From positions 96,977,250 through 97,041,249 of the forward strand of contig NC_068981.1 in NCBI RefSeq assembly GCF_001194135.2: a stretch of DNA of 64,000 nt, given 5' to 3'. Positions 24,231-37,859 of the stretch are shown here, piece by piece. A program made the position numbers and the translations under genes. Origin of the DNA: Octopus bimaculoides. Taxonomy: Eukaryota. A model generated the notes under the pieces. It did not search any database and had not been told where the DNA came from. It saw only the letters and a list, made by a program, of their open reading frames with translations. Each line of letters opens with the position of its first letter. The first letter of the stretch is position 1.

Positions 24231-24603
24231 CTACAAAATATAAATTATTAGGAGATGATATTTTTAAAAATGGTATCATTCATGTATGTTTACTAATGTA
24301 CAACAATTCAAAATTTGTATTGCAATAAATGCATGTATAATCAGTGTATATTAGTGGTTCTCACCCTTTTTCAACCTTTTACAAATGCTCCTTTACTATG
24401 CTTTGCAATAAATATATGAAATAAAAGAAAAAAGAAAAAAATTATTTTAACCAAACACTTAATTTTGTGTTGTGGTTTATTCTCCATATTTTCTTAACAG
24501 TATCCTGTCCAGTATATATCGCTTTTTAGACATTTGCTTGAACTATTGTCCATTATATTAAATTTCTATGGAAATTACTAAAAAAAAAACTGAGAATAGG
24601 TAC

Positions 24604-25002
24604 AGGCATGACTGTTGTGGTAAGAAGCTTGCTTCCCAACCACATGGTTCCAGGTTCAGTCCCACTGTGTGGACACTTGGGCAAGTGTCTTCTACTATAG
24701 CCTTGGGTCGACCAAAGTCTTGTGAGTGGATTTGGTAGACAGAAACTGAAAGGCGGCGAGCTGGCAGAAACGTTAGCATGCTGGGCGAAATGCTTAGCGG
24801 TATTTCGTCTGCCATTACGTTCTGAGTTCAAATTCCGCCGAGGTCGACTTTGCCTTTCATCCTTTCAGGGTCGATAAATTAAATACCAGTTACGCACTGG
24901 GGTCGATGTAATCGATTTAATCCCTTTGTCTGTCTTTGTTTGTCCCCTCTATGTTTAGCCCCTTGTGGGCAATAAAGAAATAAGAAACTGAAAGAAGCCC
25001 AT

Positions 25003-25042
<40 letters not shown>

Positions 25043-25236
25043 CATGTGTGAGTGTTTGTCTCCTACCACTACTTGATAACTGGTGTTGGTGTGTCTACAT
25101 CCCTATAACTTAGCAGTTTGGTAAAGAGACTGAGAGAATAAGTTCCTGGGTTTGATTCATGCAACTAAAAATTCTTCAAGGCGGTGCCCCAACATGGGCA
25201 TAGCCTAATGATTGAAACAAGTAAAAGATAAAAGAT
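24604..25236 (+). mobile_element. SINE family A copy with a nested family B SINE (24753-24983)
   Basis: Family A sequence is interrupted at gaaactgaaag, which is duplicated at 24742-24752 and 24984-24994 (TSD). Confidence 0.85.
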
Positions 25237-27004
25237 AATTGCGACAAAAAAATTATTTCAGACCTTGACACACCATCAGTCACATGTTTCTGCTCACTGA
25301 ATGTCCTGTTTATATTTTAATTGCGACAAAGATGTTTTGAAAATGTGTTTAAAATATAAATAATGTGACTGGTTTAAATATTTTATTTCTAAGAAAAACC
25401 ATAACCTTTCTAAACAACCAGTACCCCTTGACATTTGCCTAAAAATTGTCCTCTCTCTGTCCCCATAAATACAGATCTAGAAAAGTAATTAACAAAGGAA
25501 ATGATTATAGGTAGCTGGTTGTCTGAAAGGAGAAAGTAGAATGAAAGAAATTTTGAGCAGAAAGGAGTAAACAGGAAGGAAAGAAGAAGATCCACCACAA
25601 AGTCCAGTCCCTGTGGCAGTGTTGTAAATTGTGCACTTCAATGACCCCCGAGAGATATGCCAGTGAAGTGCAAGTTCCTGGTAGGACATCTTATGTTGGA
25701 CAGGTTCAAAAGGCCAAACTAATATGAGACACCTCTTCCCAGAAGTAAAAATGGGGTTTCATAGGGCCAACAGCCTTACCTAGGAAAAAGCATCAATGAC
25801 AATTGAAACCCAGGAGATGGAAGGCCTTCCCTTGGGAAACTTAACCCACTAGGGAGAGGGAAGGGAGGATGTCCCAAAAATAGCTGGTGGTGGGATACTG
25901 AGGTGAAGCTGAAAAAGTAGGGATCCAACTGGAGGAAAGTAGAAAAAAGGCAGCCCAGAGTCAGGAACAGTGGAGAAGTGTCATTGGTGTCCTATGCTTC
26001 ATAGGAAGGAAGGAAGTAGTAAGTGAAAAAGATGATATAGAAACAAATCATTCTGCTGAAATAAAATGCTACAGTATTGTAAATATTAATCATTGAAAAA
26101 ATGATGAAAAAAATTTTTTTTTTTAAACTCAGAAAGCTACTATTTTTCCATCCTACAATCCAAGGATAGCAACAATCTATGTTGGTATTCATGGATAGCC
26201 AGAATGACCATAATTTAAATAATTATAAGTTGTAGAGAGAAAAAAATTAAATAATTTCAAAGTGAAAGAACGTTAAATGTGGAATAAGAACATAGTATAA
26301 ATAGAGGAATGTAATGGTAACAGCTAAATCAACACTCTATATTAATAGTTTATTTGCTGACATTATTGTAAAGCAGTTACCTTTTTTTAATCAATAAGTA
26401 GTGGGTTGAAGGTATTTTAATAAATGCAGATATGAACAGTAGCCAGTTCTGATATTTGGATCTCAGATATCTAAAGAACCAACTTGTGGTTCACTAAAAT
26501 TCGTATGTCTCTAAAATAAATGTATGATAGAAAGGTGAAAGACAAGCTCCTTTACCTCCAAAGAATGAACTTAGTTAGGTAGAAATAGCATGAAATGAAA
26601 GTAGAAGCAAAGGTTCATAAAGAACCAGACATAGGAAATGTAGCAAAAATTTTTGTTCTATTCATCCAGATCTGAATGCAACAGTTGTTATTATTGTTCG
26701 CATTTAGCTTCAGATCAGCTCCACTCAAAGATGCTCCAGATGTGACCTTCTCACTTCTGTAAATCAGAGATTTCATTCTTTAGAATTGAAAACATTGCCA
26801 TTATAACTTCCATCATTGGTGTCATTGCCATCTCTATTGCTGTTGTTGACACCATCATCACAATCATTACCAACACTAGGATATTCATGTCCTTTTCTGT
26901 GCTTGCATGGGTCAGATAGAATTCATTGGAATTTTTACAGCCAGATAACGTTCTTGTTGCCAGCCTTAACTTGTTTCCAAGCAAGTTAATATTTCCTCAT
27001 GATA

Positions 27005-27215
27005 AAGCAGTGAGCTAACAGAATCATTAGCACACTGGACAAAATGCTTAGCAACATTTCATCATTCTGAGTTCAAATCCTGCTGAGGTTGACTCTGCCT
27101 TTCATCTCTTCAGAGTCAATTAAATAAGTACCGGTTGAATGTAAGTCAATGTAATCGACTTATCCCCTCCCCCAAAATTTCTGGCCTTGTGCCAAAATTT
27201 GAAATCAATATTTCT
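27005..27215 (+). mobile_element. SINE family B (Nin-domain-like) copy; another at about 56838-57045
   Basis: gtgagctaacagaatcattagcac...gagttcaaat...gcctttcatc...aaataagtacc...gatgtaatcgactt, homologous to 24753-24983. Confidence 0.65.
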
Positions 27216-28358
27216 TCATGACTGAACATATATTCACAGAAGGTTAGAAACAAATAGCATTGCTTGTATAATGATGACACTCATTTATAACTATCATGTG
27301 GTGTTGAGATAAGGCAACATAAACACATATATACATTTCCATCTCTCAAATCCACTCACAAAGCTTTGGCTAACCTAGGGCTATAATAGAAGACATTTGT
27401 CTAAGGTGCCAAGAAGTGGGGCTGAAGCCAAAACCATGTGCTTGAGAAGTGAGCTTTCTACCACTTGACAACACAACCGGTGTTGGTTTGCTTACGTTCT
27501 TGTAACATAACAGTTAAGCAATAAGGGAACAACACTAGAATAAGTACTAGGGTAAATTTGAATGACTAAAGCTTTCAACGCGATACTCCAGTACAACAAC
27601 TCAAGGACTGAAAGAAGTAAATAAGAAAAAGAAGAAAATGTATGAATCTGTGTTGTTGTTTAGCTTGAGGTCAGCTCCAATCAAGTAAACTTTTAATTGA
27701 AATATTCCAGCCGTAATCATCCTGGTTATTTTTTTTCAATGCCAGTGGAACCAAGAATCACACAATCCCCATCCTCACCATATACAAATAACACTAGAGT
27801 TTCATTTGAGGGAGTTTTGGTTACTAATTCTAGCAGATCTAATGATCATGAACAGGATCTCTCGTTTACTCTGGCACGTTGTGTCGAGTTGCGTCCCTTT
27901 ACGATGGAGAATGGTTGCTAAAATTAGTACATTGTACAAAATACTAGCAGCGTTATGATTGACCAAATCTCTAAAAATGCGCTACTCCAGCACAATCATA
28001 GTCTACATGGTTCTAATCAATCAATAAATAATACAATGACACTGTACTAAAGATTTTGAAAAGAAATGCATATTTTAACCAGGGGAAGTAACTGGCATTT
28101 GAAGCTGGTCTCAGTTATTCTTTGTGTTTGTTTAAGCTTTAGTCAGATATGTTCCAGCATATGTGCTCCAGAGATGAAGCATTTTAGATATCCTGATCTA
28201 TTGACAACCCTATATGCACGTCTAGTGATTTGTGCAGTTGTTGTTTAGTCAAAGGTTAAGTCTTGAATGAACAGATCAATTATGTAAGATATTCAAGCAG
28301 TAATCATACTGCTTTATGCATATTATTGTACATTATCCAATGTGTCCTTCCTATTTAA

Positions 28359-28635
28359 CCCATTACCTCCCATAATTCTATTAACTGGAATTGTTTAATG
28401 AAACTTTTATTTCTAGCATAAAACAGCCTTAGAAACACGCTGGAATGATTAAAATAACATTTTAAATAGAAATAAGCGAGATATTGGGTGAAAAATTATC
28501 AAACCTCATTTGAATATCAGAGAAACATACCTAGTAGATATAGCAAAAAGGTTAGATATGTGTAAATATTGACAGATAATTACGAAATTTGTAATTTTTA
28601 AGTGATCTCATATGAGATCACCGGTAGGTAATGGG
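28359..28635. mobile_element. piggyBac-like MITE
   Basis: TTAA|CCCATTACCT ... AGGTAATGGG|TTAA: 10-bp perfect TIR with TTAA on both sides. Confidence 0.7.
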
Positions 28636-29159
28636 TTAAGATGACAGGTTATGATTTTTTTGTAATTTGGTTGCTAATTAAAATACGTTGAATAGTGACG
28701 TAGCTGTTACCATGTTTCTTCTGCTGTTTACAACATTGTTTTTCAGGACAGTACTTGTACCTGTAATCAGAGCCTTCAAGATTGATGAAAGGGAGAGAGA
28801 AAGGTCCCCTCAATGTTGAATGCTTGCAACAAAGACCAGTTGATGCTGCTAAACCTGGTGACATATTAAGTCTACGATACGGTTGGACAACAGCAGCATT
28901 TGAACTCAGTACGCTAAGAGCTGAAATAAATACTTTTAAGGCCTAACTTCCCATGCTTTAACAATTCCGCTAATTCATTGCCCTGCATTGTTATGCTTGT
29001 TTTACCCCATGTCTGCCATGATCGAGAAATTGCGACCGTCCCATGTTATTTATTTACATGCATTGATTTCATAAACAGAGACCTTGTTAGCAGTCTTCAA
29101 TATGGACATGCCAACTAGGTTTAATTGAAAAGAAAAGAAATAGAAAACTCTAGCACTTA

Positions 29160-29412
29160 GCGTGGCTGTGTGGTAAGAAGTTTGCTTCCTAACCACATAG
29201 TTCTGGGTTCAGAGCAACTGTGTGACATTTGGGCAAATATTGTCTTCAACTATAGTACCGAGTCAACCAAAACCTTGTGAGTGGAATTGGTAGATTGAAA
29301 CTGAAAGAAGCCTGTTGTATATATATATATCATCCTCGTTTAACGTCCGCCTTCCATGCTGGCATGGGTGGAACGGTTTGACAGGAGCCAGCCAGGCAGA
29401 AGCCTGCACCAG

Positions 29413-29444
<32 letters not shown>

Positions 29445-29575
29445 CATGTGTTTGTGCCTGCCACACACAGCCTCACCGCTTGACAACTGGTGTTGGTTTG
29501 TTCACATTCCTGTAACTTAGTGATTCAGCAAAAGAGACTGATAGGATAAGTACTAGTCTTTGCAAAATATAAGTA
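29160..29575 (+). mobile_element. SINE family A copy with an RTE 3'-tail fragment (about 29327-29412, minus) inside its microsatellite spacer
   Basis: Family A head and tail flank catcctcgtttaacgtccgccttccatgctggcatggg. Confidence 0.75.
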
Positions 29576-29598
29576 CTTAGTTGAACTATCATGTAGAG

Positions 29599-29756
29599 CA
29601 GACATGGGCAACTTTTTCCAGAAGTGAGCTGCATGAGACATGATCTATTCATCATCAGGTGCACTACACTACAAAAAAAAAATAATAAAACTCAAGGAAA
29701 TTTTTCATTTGGCGTGTCTTTCATGAAGTCCTGCAAGCTGCAGTTTCCCATGGCTG
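29599..29756. mobile_element. hAT-like MITE
   Basis: TIRs cagacatgggcaact / agtttcccatggctg; 8-bp TSD atgtagag / atgcagag (one mismatch). Confidence 0.65.
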
Positions 29757-30061
29757 ATGCAGAGACTTCTTTCTTAGCACATGTATTGATAGATCGTTTG
29801 GCGAGATTGTTAGTGGTATTTATATAGTTATGATGGCAATATATATGAGGCCGATTTATGTTTTCAATTGTCATATTTATAGTGTGTTGTAGTATATTCA
29901 CCAAATATAAGGCTTTGAGCCTGTAAATATTGCAAAATGAGAATCAGTTGTCAAGGGAGGTAACTTATGGTGCAATTGAGTATTTGTATCGTATTTTATA
30001 AACAAGTGACAAAAGTTTTTAAAAGGTATTACTTTTTCTCATGAGAATTGTCTGATAATAA

Positions 30062-30257
30062 CCCTTTGCCTGTCCTATGTATCACATATGAAACACGGGA
30101 ATATTTTCCTGGCATCCTTTCGACCACCAGGCTAACTTTTGACTTTTGAAAGGAAAACTTTATATTACACAGAATGTATGAAACAAGGACGAAAAGTCTG
30201 AAAACAAGTATGGACATTTATGACAAACTTATGAAACTACTTTGGACAGGCAAAGGG
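30062..30257. mobile_element. piggyBac-like MITE
   Basis: aTAA|CCCTTTGCCTGTCC ... GGACAGGCAAAGGG|TTAA: 14-bp perfect TIR. Confidence 0.7.
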
Positions 30258-30479
30258 TTAAGGATCATCTCTATCAATCTAAGTGACAAACTACCATTCA
30301 AGTTACAATTTCATCCTTATAATTTTTTTTATTACATAAATAAATTTGTCGAGAAAAAATCCAAAAAAATCGCTATTTAAAAATGTGTGGATTTTAAAAT
30401 CGTGTGAAATAAGATTTCAATGTGAACTAATTCAATTATTCAATCATCTAATAGTTGGTAACGGGAGGTAATATAACTA

Positions 30480-33400
30480 GTTTCATTGTAGAGCGCTATC
30501 CAAATGCTTTTTTATAGGCTAGTCAAGGATAGCATACTAACTCAAAATAAGGAATCACCGCACAGAATCAGACGTAATATTCTTTTTTTAATCCAGCTAA
30601 TTCTGATGTATACACATCCACTGGACAACTGATTTCTACAACGGTGCATCACTTTTGCTTCCTCTTTCATACAACTATACTTGGACTGTTGTGCTTACAC
30701 CAAGTTGCTGTTTTTGTTGGAATATTCCACCAGTATTCTTTATTTATAAATGTATTAGCTAGTTTCTGGTTCTGGTGTGCCTTTGGCATAGCAATCAGGA
30801 CAATGTAGATCATATTAGCAGTAATGTCATGTCTCATGGAAAGTATCATGCAGACATTTTTGGACTGCTACTGATATGAGTAACATTATCCACACTGGTA
30901 TGGTGTAATTGATGCTTTCAGTCACAGCGTGGAAGTTTAGAGGCATCATTCTCTTTTGCTGACCAGGTAGTTAGTAGCTATCTCCCGTTCTTAGATAGCA
31001 AAGGGGTAGTCTTCTAGAAGAGATGTGATATACTCATCACAGGTCCAGAACAGATTACCATTCTTGTCAACGTTGCTGGTATTCTCTAGCTGGCAAGATA
31101 TGTACCTATGCATAAATTTCTGTTGGTATGAGGCGTATTTTTCTACCAAGTCTCCGTTTAAGTTGGTCAATACTGCTGTAAACTCGGAGTACTAATTCAA
31201 GAGCTCTTTGCCTAATCTCATAATGTTATTATGTTCACTGTTAAGTATACACATGATGCACTCATTTCTGTTCAGTAGGTGTCACTATTGATGTGGAAGC
31301 TACAAGTCATTGCTAGTATTTTCCTAGTCCTGTTGCCCAAGTTGTAGATTTCTCCAAGTATCCAGTCTAATATCCAAAATGTCGGTACTAGCACTAGATC
31401 TACAATTTAAAGGGAGATTACTTTAGGTTACTTTTTAGTCTACTTTGTGTTAGTGCTACTTTCCGTGTGATCTATGTGAGCAAATTTACTTTGGTGGCTG
31501 ATCTACGCGCTTATCTTAATTATTATATAGTTTTTTTTTATTATCGAAATAGTAATAATTTTGAAAAAAATACATTTACAATGCTAAGTATGTACAAAAT
31601 AATTTAAAAAGTAACCTAAAGTAATCTCCCTTGTAGATCACACGCCAAAGTAGCACATTGTGGGATATAGTTTTCGTGAATGTAGACAGTTCTGACTTAC
31701 AAATCTCCTGAAGCTTGCTGAAGTATTCTTTTGTATATGTTTGTGCTTTACTCATCTATTCCAAGGTATTTGCAGCATTCATCACTTGTGATAGGAAAGA
31801 TAGACATTGATAATCATCTCTCTTGCCTGGCCAACAACATTTCCTCACAAATATTAGAACTTGTCCTGACCAAATTCCACTCTTTTGCCCTGTGAGGATG
31901 TTGTGACCAGGTCTAACTGCTTCTTGGTGTTTTGAATATTACTTGAGTACAGCTTAAGGTCGTCAACAAAAGTTAATCTTTCTTTTATCTGCAAAGCTGA
32001 TCCTGTAGTCCTTGTGTTTCCTTAAAAGAGCTGATATGGGGTTCAGAAAGCATGGCAGTTAAGCTGTCACTCTGAAATATTCCTGTTGATAGCTTAATTC
32101 TGATGATGGTAGCTTCAAGTCTTAATGATAGTGCTGTAGACCATGTTGTAGTCGCCTCCCAATGGCATTGACCAAAGCATTTGGAACCTTTGCAAGGCGT
32201 AGTGAGTGATGAGCAGAATTAAATACATTCTCATTGTTAGCCATACAGTCAGCAAGGTTCGGTAGTGCTGCTTCACTTCCTTAAAGACAACTTTGTTGAT
32301 GTGTTGCTTGGCATACCCCCATGCTCCTTGTTTTTCTCTTGCCTGCTCTTCAGTCATGACATTGTGTGTTTCGCAGTGAGGAGGGAATGCATTCAAACGT
32401 CCTATATATATATATTTTACATCACATTGAAGTATGCTATGGACCTGTAACTTTTAGCCACTTGTGTCTCACGGTTTTTTTATACAACTAGTGTTGTACC
32501 TGCAATCTCAGTGTTGTAGTATGCGTTTTCTATACCAATAACCTACTATCAGTTTTCTGTCTGGTGATTTATCATTTAGTAGTTTTGCAACAACCGTAAG
32601 GAAGCTTCACTATTAATACTATAAGTTTTGGGAGAGATGTTTGCACAGTATTCAATCTGTAGTTCATCTAACCACATTGCACCTCGGTTCTGTTGTTTGT
32701 TTATATTTCAGATCCCTCCTCAAAACGACTTTAGATCATCCATAACTTCTAATGGGATGGCCTTTCAAACTGTAATACACCACTTGAGGGTTTATTGCAA
32801 ACTTGTGATTGATAGCTTTTCTTTCTCAAAGGTTTCTTTTATAATGAAATTGTTCACTTAACATTTGCAGTTCATGTTTTAGGGTAATTAATTTATCCAT
32901 TAATTTCTCTTGTTGGTAGTTCCTGCAGACATTAGATAATTTATCATGAAATTGCAACTGGTGGTTCATGAATTTATTATTTACTTTGCACTTAATGGTA
33001 CTGTCTAGCTGTCCAATATTTTACCTGAATTCGTTGACATGTGTCTGCAGACAGGTAATCTATCTTGGTTATTTTTTCTCACTGCAATCGATCTCTGCTA
33101 TTCCCATCTGTTGGTGAATGGTAATCACAGCGCAATATAGCAAAACATTCAATATTCAAAAGGTGGAACTTTTAATCTCTGCTAATTGTTCTTTAGGAAT
33201 TTGGCTCATTAGGTTGGTTGGTTTACTCTCAATTTGTGAGGTAATTGTTTCTCATTAATTGTTTGTTAATGTAGATAGGGCTTTTTTTAAAAAAAATGCT
33301 ATTAAAAGCTCTCTCAATTGTCTACATTCTTCACTTAATTCTGTTTCTTTGTAATCAGTTTCTGCTCGTTCGTGTTTTGACACTACGTTTGTCTTAGTTC

Positions 33401-33740
33401 TATTGTTATCACATCACTTGTAATCCGTATTGTTCATGGTCTCCTCAGGAGAATTCACTAATTTAATTTAACTCATATTTGCTGTGTGATTCTGTTGGTC
33501 TGTGGGGAAAGCAGCTAAGCTTTTCTCAATGAATGTTGCCATTTGTTGTTGTTTGAGTAGTCATGGCATTTTAGATCCCAGTTATTCTTCATCCTTTTCA
33601 TGTCACCTATTGAAAGATCTTCCCCAGTCTTTTTGTAGAAGTTATACAGGTCTTTGATCAATTCAAAGGTCCACTGGAATTTCTCTCGATAGTTCCACAA
33701 ACTGTTATAGCTGATCCCAATTTCTTGTTCAAGTAAGGTG
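30480..33740 (-). mobile_element. R4/Dong-like RLE non-LTR retrotransposon, near full-length, decayed
   Basis: In order on the minus strand: N-terminal GDMKRMKNNWD (about 33600); EQ..GAWG..INK.VFKEV..TLLTVWL (about 32300); GIFQSDSL (about 32070); FVDDLKLY (about 31960); zinc-knuckle/RLE remnants EYWWNIP..HNSPSIVV and CTVVEISCPVDV (30600-30750). Interrupted by an IR insertion at about 31397-31660. Confidence 0.8.
31397..31660. mobile_element. Inverted-repeat insertion (MITE-like) inside the R4-like element
   Basis: 27-bp perfect IR aagggagattactttaggttacttttt (31410-31436) / aaaaagtaacctaaagtaatctccctt (31606-31632), plus repeated gtagatcacac/gtgtgatctac motifs. Confidence 0.6.
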
Positions 33741-35209
33741 TATATAATAATAATCCTATCATTCGAACACTGCAATGATCTATCAAACAAAAAAAAAAAA
33801 NNNNNNNNNNAAAAAAAAAAAAAAAAGAGTGTGCTTCCAAACAAGATAACCAATTCTTTTACTAGGCTAGTATCAGTGACAAAAGTTCTAAGTGATAGTA
33901 TTTATTACAAAAAATAAAAATAAAAAATAGTCCTCTTATACTGATGTGACTCACTTTGACACCATGTGTGTCTGTGTGTGTGTAGACTCACCATATGTCC
34001 TGGTTTGGCTTAGACAGTCCATGACCTATCTCGTAAACAGATTTGTCCCATAGACACTGAAATGTCCCAGTTATGAATCAAAAACCTGAATTCTAAGAAG
34101 GAAACAACTTTTTTTTAAATGTTAAAATTGTGGAGTCCTAACCCTGACATGTGCAACTTGGATTCCTTTCTAAAAGCCCATATCTACACCATTATTCATC
34201 CATACCTAGATAAAAAGAGCTTCAGATTTATACGNNNNNNNNNNNNNNNNNNNNNNNNNNNNNNNNNNNNNNNNNNNNNNNNNNNNNNNNNNNNNNNNNN
34301 NNNNNNNNNNNNNNNNNNNNNNNNNNNNNNNNNNNNNNNNNNNNNNNNNNNNNNNNNNNNNNNNNNNNNNNNNNNNNNNNNNNNNNNNNNNNNNNNNNNN
34401 NNNNNNNNNNNNNNNNNNNNNNNNNNNNNNNNNNNNNNNNNNNNNNNNNNNNNNACTAATTGCTTTTTTGTGAAGCACAAGTGCTAGGTAAATGTCATGT
34501 TCCAAACAAGACTAAACAGTTCTCTCTATCTTACACTTTACGGAGTATATCAGGTGTGTTTTTTCATGGCACAAGCACTAGAGAGGTAGCTATGTTCAAT
34601 GACACAACTAACAGAATCTCTTGACAATATGTCTCTGCTCAGTCACTTACAACTCCCATTATCATGAATGACTGAGTGAGAGAGATATGAATGATAGTGA
34701 TAAGTCAAAATAAAAGGTAAAGTCACTTTCTTGTGTCTTACTGACTCATCAGGGTCAGTTTCCCAGTTTCATGGCATATATATTCCCTATCTGACAGGGT
34801 GCTGGTCTGTTGGAGGATTATTCATTTTTGCCAGTTGAATGGACTGGAGCAATGTCAAAGGAAGTGTTTTGCTCAAGAACACAATGTGCTGCCTGGTCCA
34901 AGAATTGAAACCACAATCTTACAATCATGAGTTCAACACCCTAACCACAAAGCCATGTGGCTCCATAGTGATAAGTCAGGAGAGGGATATTAGAGGTATG
35001 AGTAGCAAGGGTACTCAGCATTCTGAGACATGTACATACACACAAATTAATGTGATTCAGGGGATACAGGATCGACAGAAAGCAACATGACCTAAGAGAT
35101 AGTGATGACAGAGGAAGAACCAGAATATGCTATTGAAAAGAAGCAATACTTCAATGAGTTTGCTTTAGTTATTATTCTACATGTAGCTTGTGTTTAGCAT
35201 GTAGTGTCT

Positions 35210-35545
35210 AATGCATGGTAGAATCATGTATGTAAGAGTGGGTGTTATTGGATGTAGCAGCAAGTAAGTCATTGATCCATAGAAAGAAGACAATGAAGGA
35301 CAAAACAAAAGCCTGGAGCACACCAGAGTTGATAGAATAAGGAGCTAAAAGAGCTCTATCAATACACACTGGAATAGAGTGGTCTGATTGAAAGTTACCA
35401 GTGAATGTGATGAGAAATGGGGCCTGCTCATCTCCCAGGATATTTTGATTGGAAATGTGCATGCTAGTCAAAATCTTTATTGATGTTGAGGGTAATAACA
35501 CAGCTTCACCAAACTGGTCCACTGGTGGGAAATAGAGGAGAGTAA
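35210..35545 (-). mobile_element. CR1/L2/Jockey-like RT fragment
   Basis: FQSDHSIPVCIDRALLAPYSINSGVLQAFVLSFIVFFLWINDLLAATSNNTHSYIHDSTMH corresponds to GVPQGSVLSP.LF...INDL......SYADD. Confidence 0.7.
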
Positions 35546-37384
35546 TCCACCAATGNNNNNNNNNNCACACACACACACACACACACACTGTATGTATGTG
35601 TGTGAATAATATGGTTTCAAATAATTCCTTTTTTTTTCTTGACTTCTTTACAGCTGTACAGTACATGTGCAGAAGTTGAAAAGACTCCACCTGTGGAATT
35701 AAAAAAGGTAATCAATCAAATCGCTTGCTACTATTCATTGCATATGTTACAAATACATCATCATCATCGTCGTTTAACGTCCGCTTTCCATGCTAGCATG
35801 AGTTGGACGATTTGACTGAGGACTGGTGAAACCAGATGGTTACACCAGGCTCCAATCTGATCTGGCAGAGTTTCTACAGCTGGATGCCCTTCCTAATGCC
35901 AACCACTCCGAGAGTGTAGTGGGTGCTTTTTACATGCCACCGGCATGAGGGCCAGTCAGGCGGTACTGGTAACGGCCATGCTCAAAATGGTGTATTTTAC
36001 GTGCTACCTGCACAGGAGCCAGTTTGGTGGCACTGGCAACAATCTCGCTTGAATGTCTTTACACACGCCATCCGGCACAAGTGCCAGGGAGGCAATGCTG
36101 GGCACAGATGCCATGACGATTTTGCTTATTTAAAAATATCCAAAGTATTGTTTGCATTTGCTCACGCAACAGATCATTTACACCTGATAGAATCATCAGT
36201 CAGCCCTTATTCAAATCATACACTACAATTTCATTTTGTGTGTGAGTGAGAGTATACACATGTGTATATATCATCATCATCATCATTTTATAGCCACTTT
36301 CAATGATAGCTTGGTCTAGAAGGGTTGTCATGATTGGATTCAGGTGTGCTGCTCAAATAGATGGATTAGAGAACCACATCTTGCACATGAGTTGCATTTT
36401 TGGTTTGGTTTTTACAGTCGGATACCCTTCCTAACAAACAACCGCCTTACAGAGTGTACTAATTGCATTTTTGTGAAGCACAAGTGCTAGGTAAACCGCG
36501 ATCCTATGACCGCGAGTCCACTGCCCTAACCACTGGGCCATTGTGCCTCCACAATAGGGTACATAGCCTGAGAGTATAGACATGTCAAATCAATTGCTTA
36601 CTTTGCTTATTACTTATTTTGTCCTTCAAACTAAATAATATAGTTTGTTGAGCTCAACTTGGTTAGTTTTAATCATGTCATGAACTTTGGTTAATATAGA
36701 AATAGATGTGACAGGATTTAAAAGTTGGAAAAAAAATACTGTTTTATCATTAAAAATAGAGTTAATTTATTTACTAGTCAGTATATTCAGCTGTCAAAGA
36801 TTGTCAGTCACTTTTCTAATTTTCATTTCTAATGATTCATCCTTGTCAACTATTTATTCATTTCAGTTCTATGTTATTTCATACAACTACAATGAAAAAT
36901 TACAAGAACTATCTTTGTTCATGTTTCTAAACTGTACAGGAGAGTTAATTATATATAGTGTTCTAATAATGACTTCTTTGCCTTCTTTCTGATATTTATA
37001 GCTGTTAATTGTATTCAATACGAAATGCATTGCTTGTGACCTCAATTGTTTTTGTCACCAGACCAAGGCACAAATTAACTCCATCAAAACCTCAACTATA
37101 TCAACATTTCAAATAAAGGTCTTGCTTTCTTGTGTTCGCACAGTGGTGGAAGAATTGTGGTACTGTGATCTGAATGTTTCTTTCATAGTCCCTTCCTGTG
37201 ATTTATAGAAAGAAAGAAAGAGAGAGGAAGAGAGGAAAGGGAGAGAGAAAGAAATCAACTCCAGGACTTGACTGGTGCATAATTAACTGATTCCAATATT
37301 GCCGTCAATGATGATTCTGCCAATTCACTGTCCTCACACACAGACACAAATAATCTGAAAGAATGAATGTCACCAAGGTAGAAA

Positions 37385-37460
37385 GAAGGAGGAGGAGGAG
37401 GAGGAGGAGGAGGAGATGAAGAAGAAGAAGAAGAAGAAGAAGAAGAAGAAGAAGAAGAGA
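37385..37460. repeat. (GGA)n/(GAA)n microsatellite
   Basis: Read directly from the sequence. Confidence 0.95.
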
Positions 37461-37859
37461 GAGAGGGAGGCAATATTGGCCTTGGCAGGATTCAAACTCA
37501 GAGAGCAGGGCTGGAACAAATACCACAAGGCATTCTATCTGATCCACCACATTGTTGCAATGAAGTGGCTTGTGTGCCTCAGTGACTCTGAGAGTTATAC
37601 CAACAGAATGCAAGCTCCTGGTAGGGTCTCCCATGCTGGACAGGTCAAAGGATTGAGGCCAGACTAACATGGACCACTTTTTCTCAGAGGTAAAAATGGG
37701 TTTGTGTAGGGCCAGTAGCCCTATTTAGTAAAGAGCAAAGTTACAAAAGCATTGCTGACAATTCAAAACCTGGGGGATGAAAAGACAGCCCAGAGTTGAG
37801 AACAGTGTAGAAAAATTGTCAATGGCTTATGTTCCATTGGGAGTAAAGGATTTAAATAA

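Noticed and set aside
26751-26984. 77-aa ORF rich in M/V/I
   Set aside because: It is a degraded RTE tail with (GAT/AAT)n low-complexity sequence.
28700-28920. Short open frames on both strands (signal-peptide-like MFLLLFTTLFF...; minus MSPGLAAS...)
   Set aside because: No recognisable homology and weak or incompatible splice sites.
33515-33853. 112-aa ORF as a host exon
   Set aside because: It spans a gap and resembles the N-terminal region of the adjacent R4-like element.
37255-37345. Possible minus exon LFVSVCEDSELAESSLTAILESVNY as CUSTOS exon 1 or 2
   Set aside because: Good acceptor but no convincing phase-1 donor, and no match to the expected N-terminal motif.
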